A stretch of 64,000 bases of DNA. It comes from Blasia pusilla (lineage: Eukaryota). Below, one piece after another: positions 12,440 through 26,170 of the stretch. A program made the translations under genes and the position numbers. The stretch spans positions 5,952,001 to 6,016,000 of the forward strand of contig CM114271.1 in assembly GCA_050084515.1 (NCBI GenBank). Reading direction: 5' to 3'. The stretch's first letter is position 1. Each line of letters starts with the position of its first letter. The notes beneath the pieces are model-generated. The model had not been told where the DNA came from and did no database searches. It saw only the letters and a program-made list of their open reading frames with translations.

Positions 12440-12599
12440 ATATATCCTCTACTTCCTCATCTTACAAATCAAAGTCCTCTTTATGATTTCCACCAAGGTT
12501 TCTTGCTTATAAGTTGGAATCACCGCCATATTTTATGACCCCTCCAACACGTTCTTGGCCATCACTTTCACATAAGTATTGTATATACATATGGGCTTA

Positions 12600-14000
12600 T
12601 CTTGACTTCCTTGAAACACCCTTCTCTCCCAACCTTCAGTTTGTATAGAAGTACACCAAATCCCTTGCATGTTTGTTGTTCAATTTAGTCACGTGCTTGT
12701 CATGGATAAAACCTTGACTACTCCAATTTCTCTCTCACAAGGAGAAAGAGACCACTTGCGCTAATATGGACTTAGCCGAGGAGTGCAACATTGGGGCAAG
12801 TGGACTATGCATGCTCCACCAAATAGGTGGACGAAGGAAATCAACAGTTTCCCTAATAAACTCATCCATAAATTGTTCCGTTTGGTTGAGAAAATTTACC
12901 AACTCTTTCATCAAGTTGCTACATAATAATTTTCCTCAAAAATATTGAGGCCATGCACCCACTTTTCATAGAGTTTCAAATATTGCTTGAAATCTCGTAC
13001 GCATTCTACATTCAAAGTAACTTATTGAATACTATGAAGAAAAATTTATGGAGAAAGAATGTACCTCACACCATATAAGTTATTTTGAATAAATTCCCAA
13101 CACCTAAAAATAATTGAAACTATTTCTATAGCTCTCAACAAAGTCACAGAAGAATTGCAATGCCTTGCACTCACACCGGGCCATGGAGTTATAGGAAAGA
13201 AATGAATCTCCTCCATTATCTCAAATATTCTATATATATATATATATCCTATTTTTAAATTTTGGTTTGTGACCATCCCACTCTTTGAGAAGAATAATTG
13301 TTGGAAAAGCCCTAAAAAAAAAATGTTCACCAATCTAGAAATCGTGATTAGCCATAATAAACTTAATCCCTTGTGCCTTCTCTCTTCGCCTTGTATCCCT
13401 TACATTCAAACACTCCCTAAACATATTTTTGGCCATCATTTCATGGAATACCTCCCTCAATTAAAAGATATGTATCAAAATTATTTTATTTTTTTGGCAA
13501 AGTGTGTGTAAGCTAGAAACAACAATCATATCCTCGATGGATTGGTTTCCATGAATTTTTTCCACCACCAAATTCTTCCTTTCACAATTATCACCATCTT
13601 GCAAGCTTGTGGAAAAATTCTTTCTACCCAAGGCCACTTACCCCATTACACATATACAAGATCAAGCGAATGTGATACACATACACCATAAATACATGAA
13701 GAAACATCACTTCAATAAGTTTCCCAAGTCCTCACTCATTGTTAGGTTTATTTGTAACAAGTTGCAACACATTTCTTGGACCTATGCACATGATAGTCCT
13801 TGCCATGTGCGTGAATAATCATTCAAACATTTGGGATTTCCTCTTGTGCCTATTGACTTAATCTTTACCTAGCCTTTTGGAGACAATATCATGATGTTCA
13901 CCAAAGACTCACTTCTCACATCGATCCAACCATTCATGATGATCATGACACCTAAGTGTAGATCGTCCAACTTGTTGTGAATCTTGCCGCACTATGTTGA
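12600..14000 (-). mobile_element. hAT DNA transposase remnant (DUF659 region plus dimerisation domain)
   Basis: IIMNGWIDVRSESLVNIMILSPKG (DUF659-type), WCICVSHSLDLV (CxxH), and PIWWSMH..SILAQVVSFSL*ERNWSSQGFIHDK..DLVYFYTN (hAT C-terminal dimerisation domain). Confidence 0.85.
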
Positions 14001-16891
14001 ATGGTATACTACATTCGTAGAAATGTTTTACCCACCTATCATTCACAACTTCTATTTCTTGGAGATTGAAAGAATCCCTCAAATCTCCTTGCTTTCTTCT
14101 AAGGTTGCTACTTAGTTTAGTTGGCCCAACTATCCCTTCAAATTTGTCCTATTTGTCAATTGATATCATGTTTGAAACTCCATCTATACCACTGTATTTG
14201 TCGATGCTTTGTAACTCCTTAGAGTCGCAAGTCAGCCGCACTAGAATCACATCCAAGCCAAAACTTTGAGAGTGCTTGACTTCCAATGAATTCGTATTAA
14301 CAAATAGTTGAATTCACACTTTGTGAATTTGATGCGTCTCTAAAGTTTGGTTCTATTACACTCATACTCCACGTGCAAGATATTTGCAAAGACTAACTAG
14401 CAAGACAATTGTAAGGAACTCGCAATTGGCTTGTAAAGAGCGTCTGACTTGCGAGTTTGTGTAGCAGCAAATAAGTCAGAGAAATGGACTCATACGTCAC
14501 TAAAAAAAACTAAATAATCATAAAAACTCAAAAAATGCAAGTCCAATTAGTAGTTTGGGACTAACGTAGTAGTGGTTTTCCGCCTCTTTTTTCTGTACTT
14601 TGGACTCATTTTTTTGGTGTATAAACTATTTTCCCAAGAGGGATTTGGCTCCTTCCAACTTTTCTTAGGGATGAATTTGCTCTTTTTGTTCTCCTTAATT
14701 TCTTATAGTTGGAGGAAGTAAATTTCGAGAAAAATATTGTGAACTAATAATATCTCATAATGAGCACATATCTCATAATCCCAACCTCTTCATCCACTCC
14801 TTTCCAAACATATGTTTAACCTCTTCATCCATCTCATTTTCCAGAAAATGTATCTTCTAATATAACACTTCCCTCCCCTTTCGTACCACCTACGATCCAT
14901 TTTCCCTTAGTCTTCCCTTATCCACCCCCCCAAACCTCCCTACACCTCCACCTATGTATTGCATCGTGGTGTAGGTCTCAATCTCCCAAGTGACCACTGT
15001 GTAGGTCATACTTAGGCAAATCCCTCTTCACCGTCCAACCCAAGTGCTTTGTTGAACCATTTTCCTCAAGATGATCTTGTGACGTTGTGCAGTGCTTGAT
15101 CATATAAGATATAAAACTCCTAAGAATACTCAAGGCTTTACTCTAATTATTGATATTTTCAAATTATTAATTTTGTCATTACACGTGTGAAGGGAGAGCT
15201 TTTCTTCTTGAAGGCACATTTTGCTGATACTGAACCTTTGCACATCCCTATATCATTGTCTGATTAAAATTTGAGATTAAGCATTTATATAAAGGAGAGT
15301 TATATTGACATATTTGAATTCCTTACTAGTGCCAACTTCCTAGGGTTTGGAAGAGGAAAAGAGAGAAAAAGAAGACTTTACAATATCATTCTTCTCATGA
15401 AGTTAGTCATAAGTTAGATCCAACTCGTCGATAATTGTTGGCGGAGTGTACCATTCACATAAAAAGGGATCCCAAGGAATGACAAAAATGCACAAAAATT
15501 AGAATTGGGAGTCATTAGACCCTCCCGCAGATGGCCCTTGATGTTGGTGGAACGACGCTTCGAAACGCGGTTGTTTCCTTTCGCATTCTTTTAGAAGTAC
15601 TCTAGAATTCCTTGACAGTGCAACATGCGTAACCTAAACGCAACCCTAACCGTAAGCCAACGGGCTTTCGAAGCATGCTCAAGCCTTAGGATTGAGGCCA
15701 TGCAAATTTTAGTAAACTTTCTCGAACGGATCGATGTTTCTTGCCCCGTGGCCCCTCCCTCATGAATGAAATGGCCGGAGGCTATGCGGGTAGTCCCCAT
15801 CCGTTGACAAAAAACCGGCGAGCAGAGTGCTCCGCCGCATTGTGAAGTTGTGAACGACTCGGTCCCCGTTGTTCCCGTAGACGGATTGATTATGAAGCGA
15901 AAGTTACCTAGAAATGGCAAGTCTCATTGTTGTTTGTGCTTTGTCGTCGCTCGCTGCCATGTCCTGCAGGCATCGCTCATCCCGCCCCTCACCATGAGGC
16001 GCCGGCCCCAAGCCCGCCCGCCGATCGAAGGCCAGGCAGGATGCAAGTGGAGCTTGGAAGAATGGACTTTGTGCCAATGTTCGATGCACTCGCTCACTCC
16101 ACGCAGTCTCATGTGACATGTCCAGCGCCACAGCCTGAGTCGAAGGTGATGGACGGGTCTATCGTGAAATGCAACGGAGTCCTGGTAACTGCTTCGGGTT
16201 TCATGCTTGGCGTCGTGTCCAGAGGGGTTGTCGTTTCGGAGCCTCAACCCATCCGTTCGTTCACGTGCAACTCGGAGCCGAACCCTAACCCTTGAAACGC
16301 CTAGAAGTGCGGCTGGAACGGGTGCACTCTGCGCATCGGAGGAAAGAAAAGTTCGCGGGTGAGGGGCTCTAGGTGGAGAATCCGAGAGAGCAGGTTGTGC
16401 GGGAGGCGCTGGTTCTAGGCGCGCGTGACTGGAAGATGGATTGATGGCTCGGAGATCTTGAGATAGCAAGCAAGCGACTACTGTTTGGTTTACCCTTGGG
16501 ACTGCGTGTCCGTCGTACGTTTTCGTACTCGCGTAGGACGCGCTGGGAACAGAAATGGATGAATGGAGCTTGGTTTAACACGTGCTTGCTTTCTTCTTCA
16601 CCACCGTTTCCAGAGATTGATGTCTTTCTGCAGTAAGAAAAGAAACCAGCCTCCCCGAGGAGCTAGCGTTTCTCCGGCCACTTTCAACGGTCACACGTCT
16701 TTATACAATCGAATGTCGAACGTCCCTAGCTTTTGAAATCCGTGATCTTTCTTCACGATGGCATCCGTTCAGTTTATCCAGAAACCATTCGCGTTTGCGA
16801 TTCCCTCACCAACTACTTCCCACGAGATCGCTTTTGCACAATTGGTGCGATTCCCTCTCCCAAAGCTTCGACACCAGCGTTGCTTCCACGG

Positions 16892-17732
16892 ACCACTTAC
16901 CTATACCACAGCGATGCGGTTCCGCTTGGGCCTCCCCCAACCATCGGTGGTTGGTTCGACACACTGCGAGTGTCGCCGGAGCCTGGATCCACTTGGTGTG
17001 CATTTGGCACGCTGTCCAGTTGGGGGTGAGAGGATAGCCACTCACGATGCAGTGCGGGATATCATGTTCAGTATTGCTCGGGAGAGTGGCTTCCATGTGC
17101 AGAGAGAGAGGCACTACTCCATGCGGGATTCCCTCATTCGTGCCGATCTCTACATGACACGTGAGGCTGAGGTGGTTGTGGCGGACGTGGTAGTCACAGA
17201 TCCTACGCGGGAGGCAGTGCGAGCCCAAGTGGTGGCCCAAGGGCGAATGCTACAAGGAGCGGCGGCGGCGGCGGCGGCGGCGAAGAAGACACATATCTAC
17301 TGATCGACTACACGAGGGACACATCTTCATCCCCCGGCCATAGAGATGTATGGGGCTATGGGGAGAGGTTCGACTGTTCTTTACGGATGCGCCCATCATC
17401 TCCACTCGAGAAATGGGTTGTCCTTAGCTACTGCGATTCTGTATTGACAGGCAGCTGGTCTCCATAGCGTTGCGGCGTGCCAGGCTAATGGGATTTTGCG
17501 GCGGGCTCAGTGTGGGGAGACGCCGGCGCTAGAAGCCCACTTAGTAGTAGTCATAGCTCTCTTGTTGTTGCTGATATTGTCTATGCTGTTGGTGAGTTTC
17601 GTCGTTAGGGGGGGAATGCCCCCTTCTTCCTTTTCTGGTCGTGTTGTGGCCTTCAGGTTTTGACTCTTTGAGTCCCCCTCTTTTGTACTTCCGATGGGTT
17701 TTCCATCACTCGTTTTTATCGAAGTGCATCTT
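16892..17732 (+). mobile_element. 5'-truncated CRE-clade (restriction-like endonuclease) non-LTR retrotransposon, copy A
   Basis: RFRLGLP..CECRRSLDPLGVHLARC..ERIATHDAVRD..RADL..VVADVVVTDP..K (CCHC knuckle plus RLE). Near-identical to 44813-45649. Confidence 0.9.
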
Positions 17733-18826
17733 TGTTTCGGATGACTCGGTCGAGTCAACTGACATCTTCGCTGGTTCACACGACACCGCTCTCCAGGGGG
17801 CCATCCCGCGGTCTCGAAGTACTCAACTCGTCCATATCATCCTACCTCACAACACCCGGTTTCTCTCCGTTTGTCTTCCTCTCTCAATAACTGTGCCGTC
17901 GATTCTCTCCCCGGTACCAACTTGCCGTCTTGAAAACCTCGATTGTCCATATCGTCCTCCCTCACAACGCCCCGTTTCTCTTCCGCTCGCCATTACTGCG
18001 GCGTTGGCATCCATTCCTTTTGGATCTTCTCTGTGGCCTTTTTCTTCCGGTTCCTACCGCCACATACGGATACGAAGACCGCTCCATCTCTCCCACTTTC
18101 TCTCCTGCCACTCGTTTTATTTTTCAGTTGCACCTTCACCCACGGGACGCTATGCGCCAATACCTATGTCGCAACTCGACAAAAACCCGTCGGTGTCCGC
18201 GCTCACTCAACCTTCGGCGCAATCTGCACGCTTTCCATTCCATCCTGCACTAGTTCATTCACGTGCGGAGTTTCCATCGCCAGTTACCTCAGTTGGGGCG
18301 TTTGAAGGTGCGGCCGCGATTGGCGAAGTCTCGGTTTCTCCCGCCAATCTATCTGCCTGCCTTTGTGCGTCGCTTTGGGTTTGTCACGGTGTCTCGCGGA
18401 AGTCATGGGTCCTTCAAGTTATGGAGGGACACCTTTCGGATTTGCTTTAAGTGGTGGGAGTATCCCCATCGCTTTCTTTTTAGCTCAGTAGGTTTGAGGG
18501 ATGAAAGGTAGGAACGAGGACGATGGATAAAGATGGATGAGAAGGGTGAGAGAACAAAGATGTCAAGAAAGCAACAAGAGGTTTCGAAAGGGGTCTACGA
18601 GATGGGAAACCTCTATGAGTTCATAAACAAAAGTTTGAAGAAGTAGAATAAATTAACCAAAACTTTAACTTTCGGAAAAGAGATTAATATCTCCAAGTGT
18701 CTACACATCATGCCAGCACGTTAACAATCCATCCACTTGGGGCACATACTAATTTATGGAGATATATCAAATAAGATTGTTAGTTTTAATTGTTTTTTTA
18801 TGTAGGATTGAAGGGTTTTCATTTTT

Positions 18827-19012
18827 TATATTATTATGGGAAAGAGCTCTTCCATTTTGCAAAGTCCTCTCCTCTTGGCATTTTTAGATAGTAAGATTAT
18901 TTTTTGCCTTCTTAGTTAATAGGATCGTTTTAATTTGATTTAAAACGAAACTTGAAAATTTTGTGAGTTAATATGGGAGGTAATTTAAACGCGTGCATCG
19001 CATACGCTTATA
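18827..19012 (+). repeat. Dispersed repeat with Helitron-like 3' hairpin (paralog of 51132-51303)
   Basis: Shared TATATTATTA..GGAAAG..CATTTTGCAAA.TCCTCTCCT..GGAGGTAATTTAAAC..CGTGCAT.GCA. Confidence 0.6.
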
Positions 19013-22000
19013 TTAATTTTATTAAATGAACAAACTCATCAAAGAGGAAAGTTGAAAAAAATCCGGGAGGAGGTTGCAAGAATGCCTAGCAAAACAACTA
19101 CAAGCCAAATGAAATCGAAAAAAAAACCCTAGGAAATAATGTTTACTTGAAGAGAAACACATGAAACTTTTAAGATGTTGCCCATAAGATTGTGAGCCAA
19201 AGGGTGACAAAATGGTATGTTTTGTGTGGTTAATTAAAGATTGGAATCTATCTTTATTGCAATGCTTCATTACTTCCCATGACAATCTCTTCATAGCCAT
19301 AGGGACTAGTATGTATGCTCTCACAAAACCTTGGAACCAAGTTAAATTTTTTTGGTTTCAAAATTGTGGGGAGGATTTTGCAAGTCCAAAGCAAAACCCT
19401 ATCATAAGTAAATCTTCCTAACATTTGAATAGAAAATTATCATTATATCCTAATATGAAAGGTTAGTTCTTGCCCGTTTTCACGTTTATATAAGGGGTAC
19501 GTTACCATTGAGTTACCCATTCATATTTTCATATTGATTCACCTTCGAATTGTATGTGGGAGAAACTTTTTAATAACATGCTTATAGGGACGTTCCAAGC
19601 ATTATTTCTTAATTGGGAAACATTATGGGATAACACTTATATATATGCTATTGTTTTCCTTAGATCCCCCTATGTTAACCTTCAAAATTACAACATTCCA
19701 AAATTTTGCAAAAGGGAAATTCTTCCTTTTCTTTTCACACTTGTGAAAAATATCCAGAAATAGTTTCAAGTTAGATTTTGTATGCTTGCAAGATTCATTT
19801 GGAAATATCTGACTTGGAAAGTTCTTTGATCACATTTTCATTCTTGAAAATTATTTTCTACAAATTTTTCATTGGAAATAGCCAACCAAAGAAATTCTAA
19901 AATAAAATTGCTGTCACGAAAATTATCTTGCTAGAAATCCTTTTGAAATTGCTATAAAGTTTTAGATAAAAACTACTCTAGTTAAAGTTCAGTTAACACA
20001 TTTGCATAAAAAAGTACTAGATACTTTGATTATTTTGATGCAAGTTCTTATTTTCTTTAATCATGTTTCAAGCCGAAACAAGATTTGGTTAATTATATTA
20101 TTATTTTCATAATGAATTAAAAAAATTAAAATGCTATGTGGATACTATATGTATTTTTTTCCAAAGGATTGTGTGAGTTAGTGTTTTAAGCAAGCATAAT
20201 TAGAATTATTGTGATACCTTTTACCACTAAGACATACATATCTTTAAATTTAGCTTTACTTGATCTTGAAAACTCTTTCATGAATTTTTTCTACTAGAAT
20301 ATTTTTTGTGCATCTCATTGGCCAAGAATATTTTCATAATTATATTTTGGGAATTTTTTGACAAATTATTTATTTATAGTTGGAGAATAATGAAAGTTGG
20401 GCTTGGTTATTTTTGGGTTTTGTTTCAATTTGGTCTTCAATTTTTTTCAATTTTTTATTGTCCAAATATACTAAGATTTTTTAAATTGCAATTTGTACTT
20501 GAGCCACGACACCCCTTTAAAGGGAGTGTGTTGTCACACATCCAACATTACAATGGACTTTACAAATATTAAAAATTTGTTTTTTAACACTTTACAAGTA
20601 CTTTTAGAAACACTTTTAGGAATGTGGTGGATGATGAGGGGATTATGGAGGAGGAGATGGAGGGACGTTTAGAATTTTGCTTGTAACTATTTCTATTGTG
20701 TTTCACTCTTTGCAATCTAAGGCCCAACGTGTTCATCTTCTCAAGCTTGAACTTTGGGGTCTTCTTTTTTCCACTTAAGATGGAGTTTTCCAAAGTTTTT
20801 GGGATCTTTGGACCTCCTTCTCTCCTAAATATGCTCATAGGTTTCTAAACGCAATTTCACACTGCGCTCTTCTTATAGTGTGATACTGGGTTACCATCGG
20901 TTTAAGGGATTCCTCTTGCTTTTCTCGACCTTTTGATAGGGGCTGGGCTCAACAATACGACCTCATTCCCTCATAGCAGTCATCAGCGGGTGGCTCACTT
21001 TCTCCTCACATCCTCTTTTTTTGTGTTTCCAATTTTTTTCATAACTTTCTCATGGAGTATCGGTTTTGGGTTTGTTTTCGTGTTTCAATTATTTTGACAA
21101 GCTCGTTCTTTTCATACCAAGTCGCTTTTCTAGTTTTTCTTTGTTTTCTACAAGCGCCTATTTTGGTGTATGGGTTTGTTTTGGGTCAATTCCTCTTAAC
21201 CGTCTTCCCTGCTCTTTCAACTCTTTACCTTATTGTTTCACCCCTCCCCTACATACATTTATTATCTCCTTAAGGACATCAGAGATTCATATTCTTGATC
21301 CACTTATTTCAATATCATATAGGTCACTTTTCCTTTTCAAGAGATTTTTATATTTCTTTAAGTAACTTTCAATCATAAATTTATCATTGCGTAATCTTAT
21401 TCTCTCCATCTAAATATCTTTTGGACGGATTCCACTACGGATTTTTTTTCTGGTCGTTACCCTCATGCTTTCTCAAAATCACGTTTCATATGTCTTCCCT
21501 TGTCTTCGATGACTTGCCTATCTTTGCTTCTTTGGTATCTAAGATGGAGTTGGATACTCCATCTACTCGCTTCTCTGGTTTTATACGCCCTCCTACAACC
21601 GTAACCTCTCCCCCTGTTTCTCCTCCTCAGCGTAGATCTCACCATTTTCCTCCACATACTAATATACCTATTACACTTGCTACATTTCTTCCCGATTCTC
21701 CTCTTTTCTGCTCTTTGTCTCGTCCTATTGAGCCTAATCTTGATCCATTATCACCGAATCCCACTCAACATGCCAATCATGGGAGGCCTTCAGCACAACA
21801 ACATCTTCGACAAAGTCTTCTTTTGGGGAAAGTTGGTGAGTTTTCACGTGCGGCTCGAGCATTGGGTCCTCTCTGTCCGGCGGTTCCAAATGCGGGCACC
21901 GTGGCTCTCTTAGAAGCTCTTCACCCTCCTTCAAGTGGTGATGCCTCACCTTTTGTGAAGGACTATACAACGGATCTTGACTTGGAGGTCTTTACAAGGC

Positions 22001-22084
22001 CTTTTTTTTCATACTCCTCGCTTATCAGCAAGCGGGCTATTAGGGATGGTTTTTGAGCATCTCTGCAATTGTGGTAGTTTCAGC

Positions 22085-22207
<123 letters not shown>

Positions 22208-22969
22208 AAATAAAGGTCGTCTCCCATTCTCTATCTCTAGGCTCTTAGGGGCTTATCATTTGTGAGGTTTTATACCGCTTGGTTAGTCGATCCATGTGCA
22301 CGCAATTTTTTCCTCACTTTAGAGCCCACTTATTTCCTCATCAATTTGGAGTGGCAACCCTTGGTCATTGTGAGATTGTGGTGCATTGGATTCGCTCCAC
22401 TCTTGATATTCATCCAGAGTGGGTAACAATTCAAGTCGATATAGTTAATGCATTCAATTTAGTTTCTTATGCGGCCATCCTTGAGGAGTTACGTTGTGCA
22501 AGAGGACAGCTTGTGAGTCTCATTCCATTTTTCCGCTCCTTATATGCCTATGATACACCCATTATCTATTCTCATCATACTAGTTCCGGGGAAGATAGTA
22601 TTCTCCAATAAGCTTGTGGCACGCGGCAAGGTGATCCCATGGGTGGCCCATTCTTTGCCATTGCCCATTTTTGTGCCCTTCGAGCATCAGCTCAAGCATT
22701 TCCATCTTGTCTTTTCCCTTCAATTATTGATGACGCTCACATTATAGGTCCTCCTTATGAAGTGGTTCCTCCTTATATCCATTTTGTGGAGCAACTCTCT
22801 TTCTTAAACCTTAAAGTCCACTCTAGTAAATATCGGGTATTGTCTCCTTCATGCCTTCCCTCCAAATTGACCCACCTACTCCATATTTTCCCATCTGCGT
22901 TGAAGGGGTAAGGGTTCTTATGATCCCAATTGGCTTCATCAACTATGTCTCGAAGTTCTTGGATGAGGC

Positions 22970-23647
22970 TGTCACGACTTTTAGGATAGATCGGTGGGAT
23001 CTAGCAAAGCGTCTGCATGAGTAGTGGAGGACAAGCCCAGGAGGTCAAGGATGACATGTTGAGGCCCCGAGAAACTTGAGAGAGCAGGTTTTCCCTTCGT
23101 TTTGGCTCATTTGGAGCCATCTAGAGAAACTTACTATTTCGGGTAAGTTTCTATGTTGGGGATACTTGACTTTCCACTTTGGGAAGTGGCTCTTGACCTA
23201 CTGTAGCGGGTCAAGGGTCAACCTACTCTTGACCTACTCTTGACCCGCTACAGTAGGTCAAGAGCCAAGGAGATGACCTGCGAGCATAGGTTACCGTTGA
23301 GAGGGCTTGGGAGAGGGAAGGGGGTATACCTCCAAGACAAAGAGCTTGAGAGCTCATTCTCTCTTTGTTGAACCTCTTGGCATGAGGCGGCGGAGCTATG
23401 GTCTTGCTTGCCTTGTGTGTGTAACCAAAGCTTCTCATTAGGAGAGTGGGTTTGGTTTGACATTGAGAGAGACATATGTGAGAACTATAGTGTTGTGAGA
23501 GAGATTTGACCTTACTTTAATTGGAGATATTTTGGTACTTCTTGCCTCTATGTATGGATGCCATGAGTTAGCATGGGATCGTGTGTGTTTGTGTGTGTAT
23601 TTGATGACAACGATGTATATTGTGTAGCGATGTCTATGCGCACGACA
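22970..23647 (+). mobile_element. Solo LTR (678 bp) inserted into the CRE RT, 4-bp TSD AGGC
   Basis: Termini TGTCACG...CACGACA. AGGC at 22966-22969 and 23648-23651. Excision restores the CRE reading SKFLDEALLKDVEW. Homologous to 48453-49082. Confidence 0.92.
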
Positions 23648-26170
23648 AGGCCCTTTTGAAAGACGTGGAATGGCTTCATTTGTTACCTCATCTAGGAGAT
23701 CTCCAAGTGGCTTATGGGATTCCCTCCCAATGTTTTCTACAACGTCCTTCCTACCTTCTTTGCAATGGTCCTCCAACTTCAAGGTTCTTACATCAGTTGG
23801 CCTCTTTTGATGCTTCTATCTTGGCAAATTTTGGTCAACTTCTTAGCCCGAATACATTTGAGGGAGAGGATGATGTCTTGGCTTCAAGACAAGCTATCTT
23901 GCCTATTTCTTTTGGAGGGGCGGGGCTGTCCTCCAAATTGCATATGGTCCAAGAGATTATTTGGGGAGTTGGGCGTTGGTGGCACTAATTATGGCTTCAA
24001 GGTTGTTCCAAGGAGATACACCTATCTTGATGGATGACATCGCCCATATAGAAGAGGGGGACATGTTATTTCAACAACAATTGAGATATGCTTGAGCTCT
24101 TCTTCCTCTTCCTCTTATACAAGCAATTCTACCCCGTTTCACTCAATTGATGACGGAAGGGCTTGATCGACTTCAAGAGCATATCTCAGAGAATTTGCAC
24201 CAAATCAAACTTTTCCAACATTCTCTCTGAGGCATCCTCTGACGCTCATCGAGCTCGTCTCCATTCATGTGCGGGTACATGATCGCGGGCGTGGCTTTTC
24301 CGCAAATCCTCTTATTCTTCCATTTAGTCTTCCTTGAAGTATATTCTCGACAGCTTTGCCGTTACGCCTTGAACTTCCCATCCTTCTCTATTAGGTGTGC
24401 CAAATTGTGTATGCGGAGATCCCATTGATGCAAAGGGTATCCATATTCTTCGATGTGCACATGGTAGAGGAGGAACGACCACACATGATGTCATTGGAGA
24501 GGCGGTAGCAGCGGTGGCTTGTACTACAGGGGACACTGTTGGGCAAGAGCAGCTCCATGTCCTACCTTTAACCATACAAGCAACGTGTCGTCGGAGAGTT
24601 GATCTTGTTATGTATGGAGGTGGATTTTGGACACTAGGTGATGTGGTGGTTGCTGATCCAACACGTTCTGACTTGGTGTGTCGAGCCGCACATACCAAAG
24701 GTTTGGCGGGCAAAGCATCAACAAGAATGAAGGAGTTAAGTTCTGTTGCGAAGCATGCGATTGATCGATTTATTCCTTTTGGAGTGAAAATATTCGATCA
24801 TTTACATGTGTCTTTTGATACTTTCCTGAAAACATGTGCTCACCACTCCCTTGAGAATCATTACCTTGCCCCTTCCCGTAGTCCTTCTCTCTATATAGTC
24901 AATACTTATTTTTGACAATGCATCTCAATGACCTTACAACGTGCACAAGCCTTGGCATTGATGCGTCGTGTGGAGGTGATAGGAGATCGCTCGCCTCGTC
25001 GTCCGTTCACGTTTGACCAACGACTAGTGTTCTTGTCAGATTCGTTTCAAACTATCAATCGTGTATTTTTTGAGTTAGTTTTCGTCTTAGATAGTTGCCA
25101 TTTTCTTTTTGCATTCCATGACGCATTCTTGATTCCTTTTTTGAAATGTTATTACCTTTCTTTGTCCTCTTTTGAGATTTGTTTCTATAATAAAATGGAT
25201 ATTATTTTATCAGAAACAAGTGCCTAATATGAGAGGGGGTGGGGAAAAGTGCCCACACCAGTCTTCCCGTATGGGAGTCTCTCTCGAAACGAACGTATGA
25301 CCGGACTAACATGTTCATGTCCTTTTTGTGGATGGAGATAGTAATTACTGTTTCTTAGCGATGGAGAACCATGATGTAGAAACATGCGACTGTGCCACAC
25401 ATAGGACTTGTTCAGTGGTGACGGGACGCGGCTAACGCTGCCATATCCGGAATTTCCAACTTTTGGCTACAATTTTCTGGAAAAGAGGCATAAATTCTCA
25501 AACCTGAAAAGTTCAGAAAGTTTCCATTAGAAAAAAGGAGAGTTTTCTGACGTAACTGTGGAAATAACCAGCCAAGAATATCTCGCGTGAGTCGAACGTA
25601 TCAACCCGCCGATCTCGGACGCCTCCGCTCTTGCAAATTGAAACAACTGTAATGAGAAGGGTCCGCTGCTCACCATTTTGGGGACAAGTCCAGGTGTGCG
25701 AGTACCATGAGTGCTCGCACATCTGGAGCACTTACTTGGCAAAGACGGCTACCCGGTCTTTGCCAAATTTGTAGAGGATGGAGTGGATATCATGGATCAC
25801 TCAGTCAGATCGATCTGAACGGGACTGTTTTGACGAGGTGTGAGAATCCACTTCACCAGTCATAGCTAAGCAATGTGCACTCAGAATCTCTGGCTACAGA
25901 AACAATGGGTACAGTCGATGTCCGTGGATTCCACACGCCTAGCTTATCCAGCTGTTTTTGGATAGTCTTGACAAGCTGGAAGTCTTCTACGAGTGAGCTG
26001 AGGTGAGTCTTCTATGGTGGACTCATCGTTCAATTTCATATCGCTGTTAGGGACTATTACACATCATCCTTGAGAAGGCAGACCTAAAACCGCTACATGG
26101 TAAGCCAAGGATACCCAGCCCCATTCATTGCAGGAGAATGCCGATACAATGAAATTAGAATACTTATCTT

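Noticed and set aside
17641-18450. 269-aa ORF
   Set aside because: Non-ATG start inside the CRE 3' UTR, low-complexity S/P/L content and no recognisable domain.
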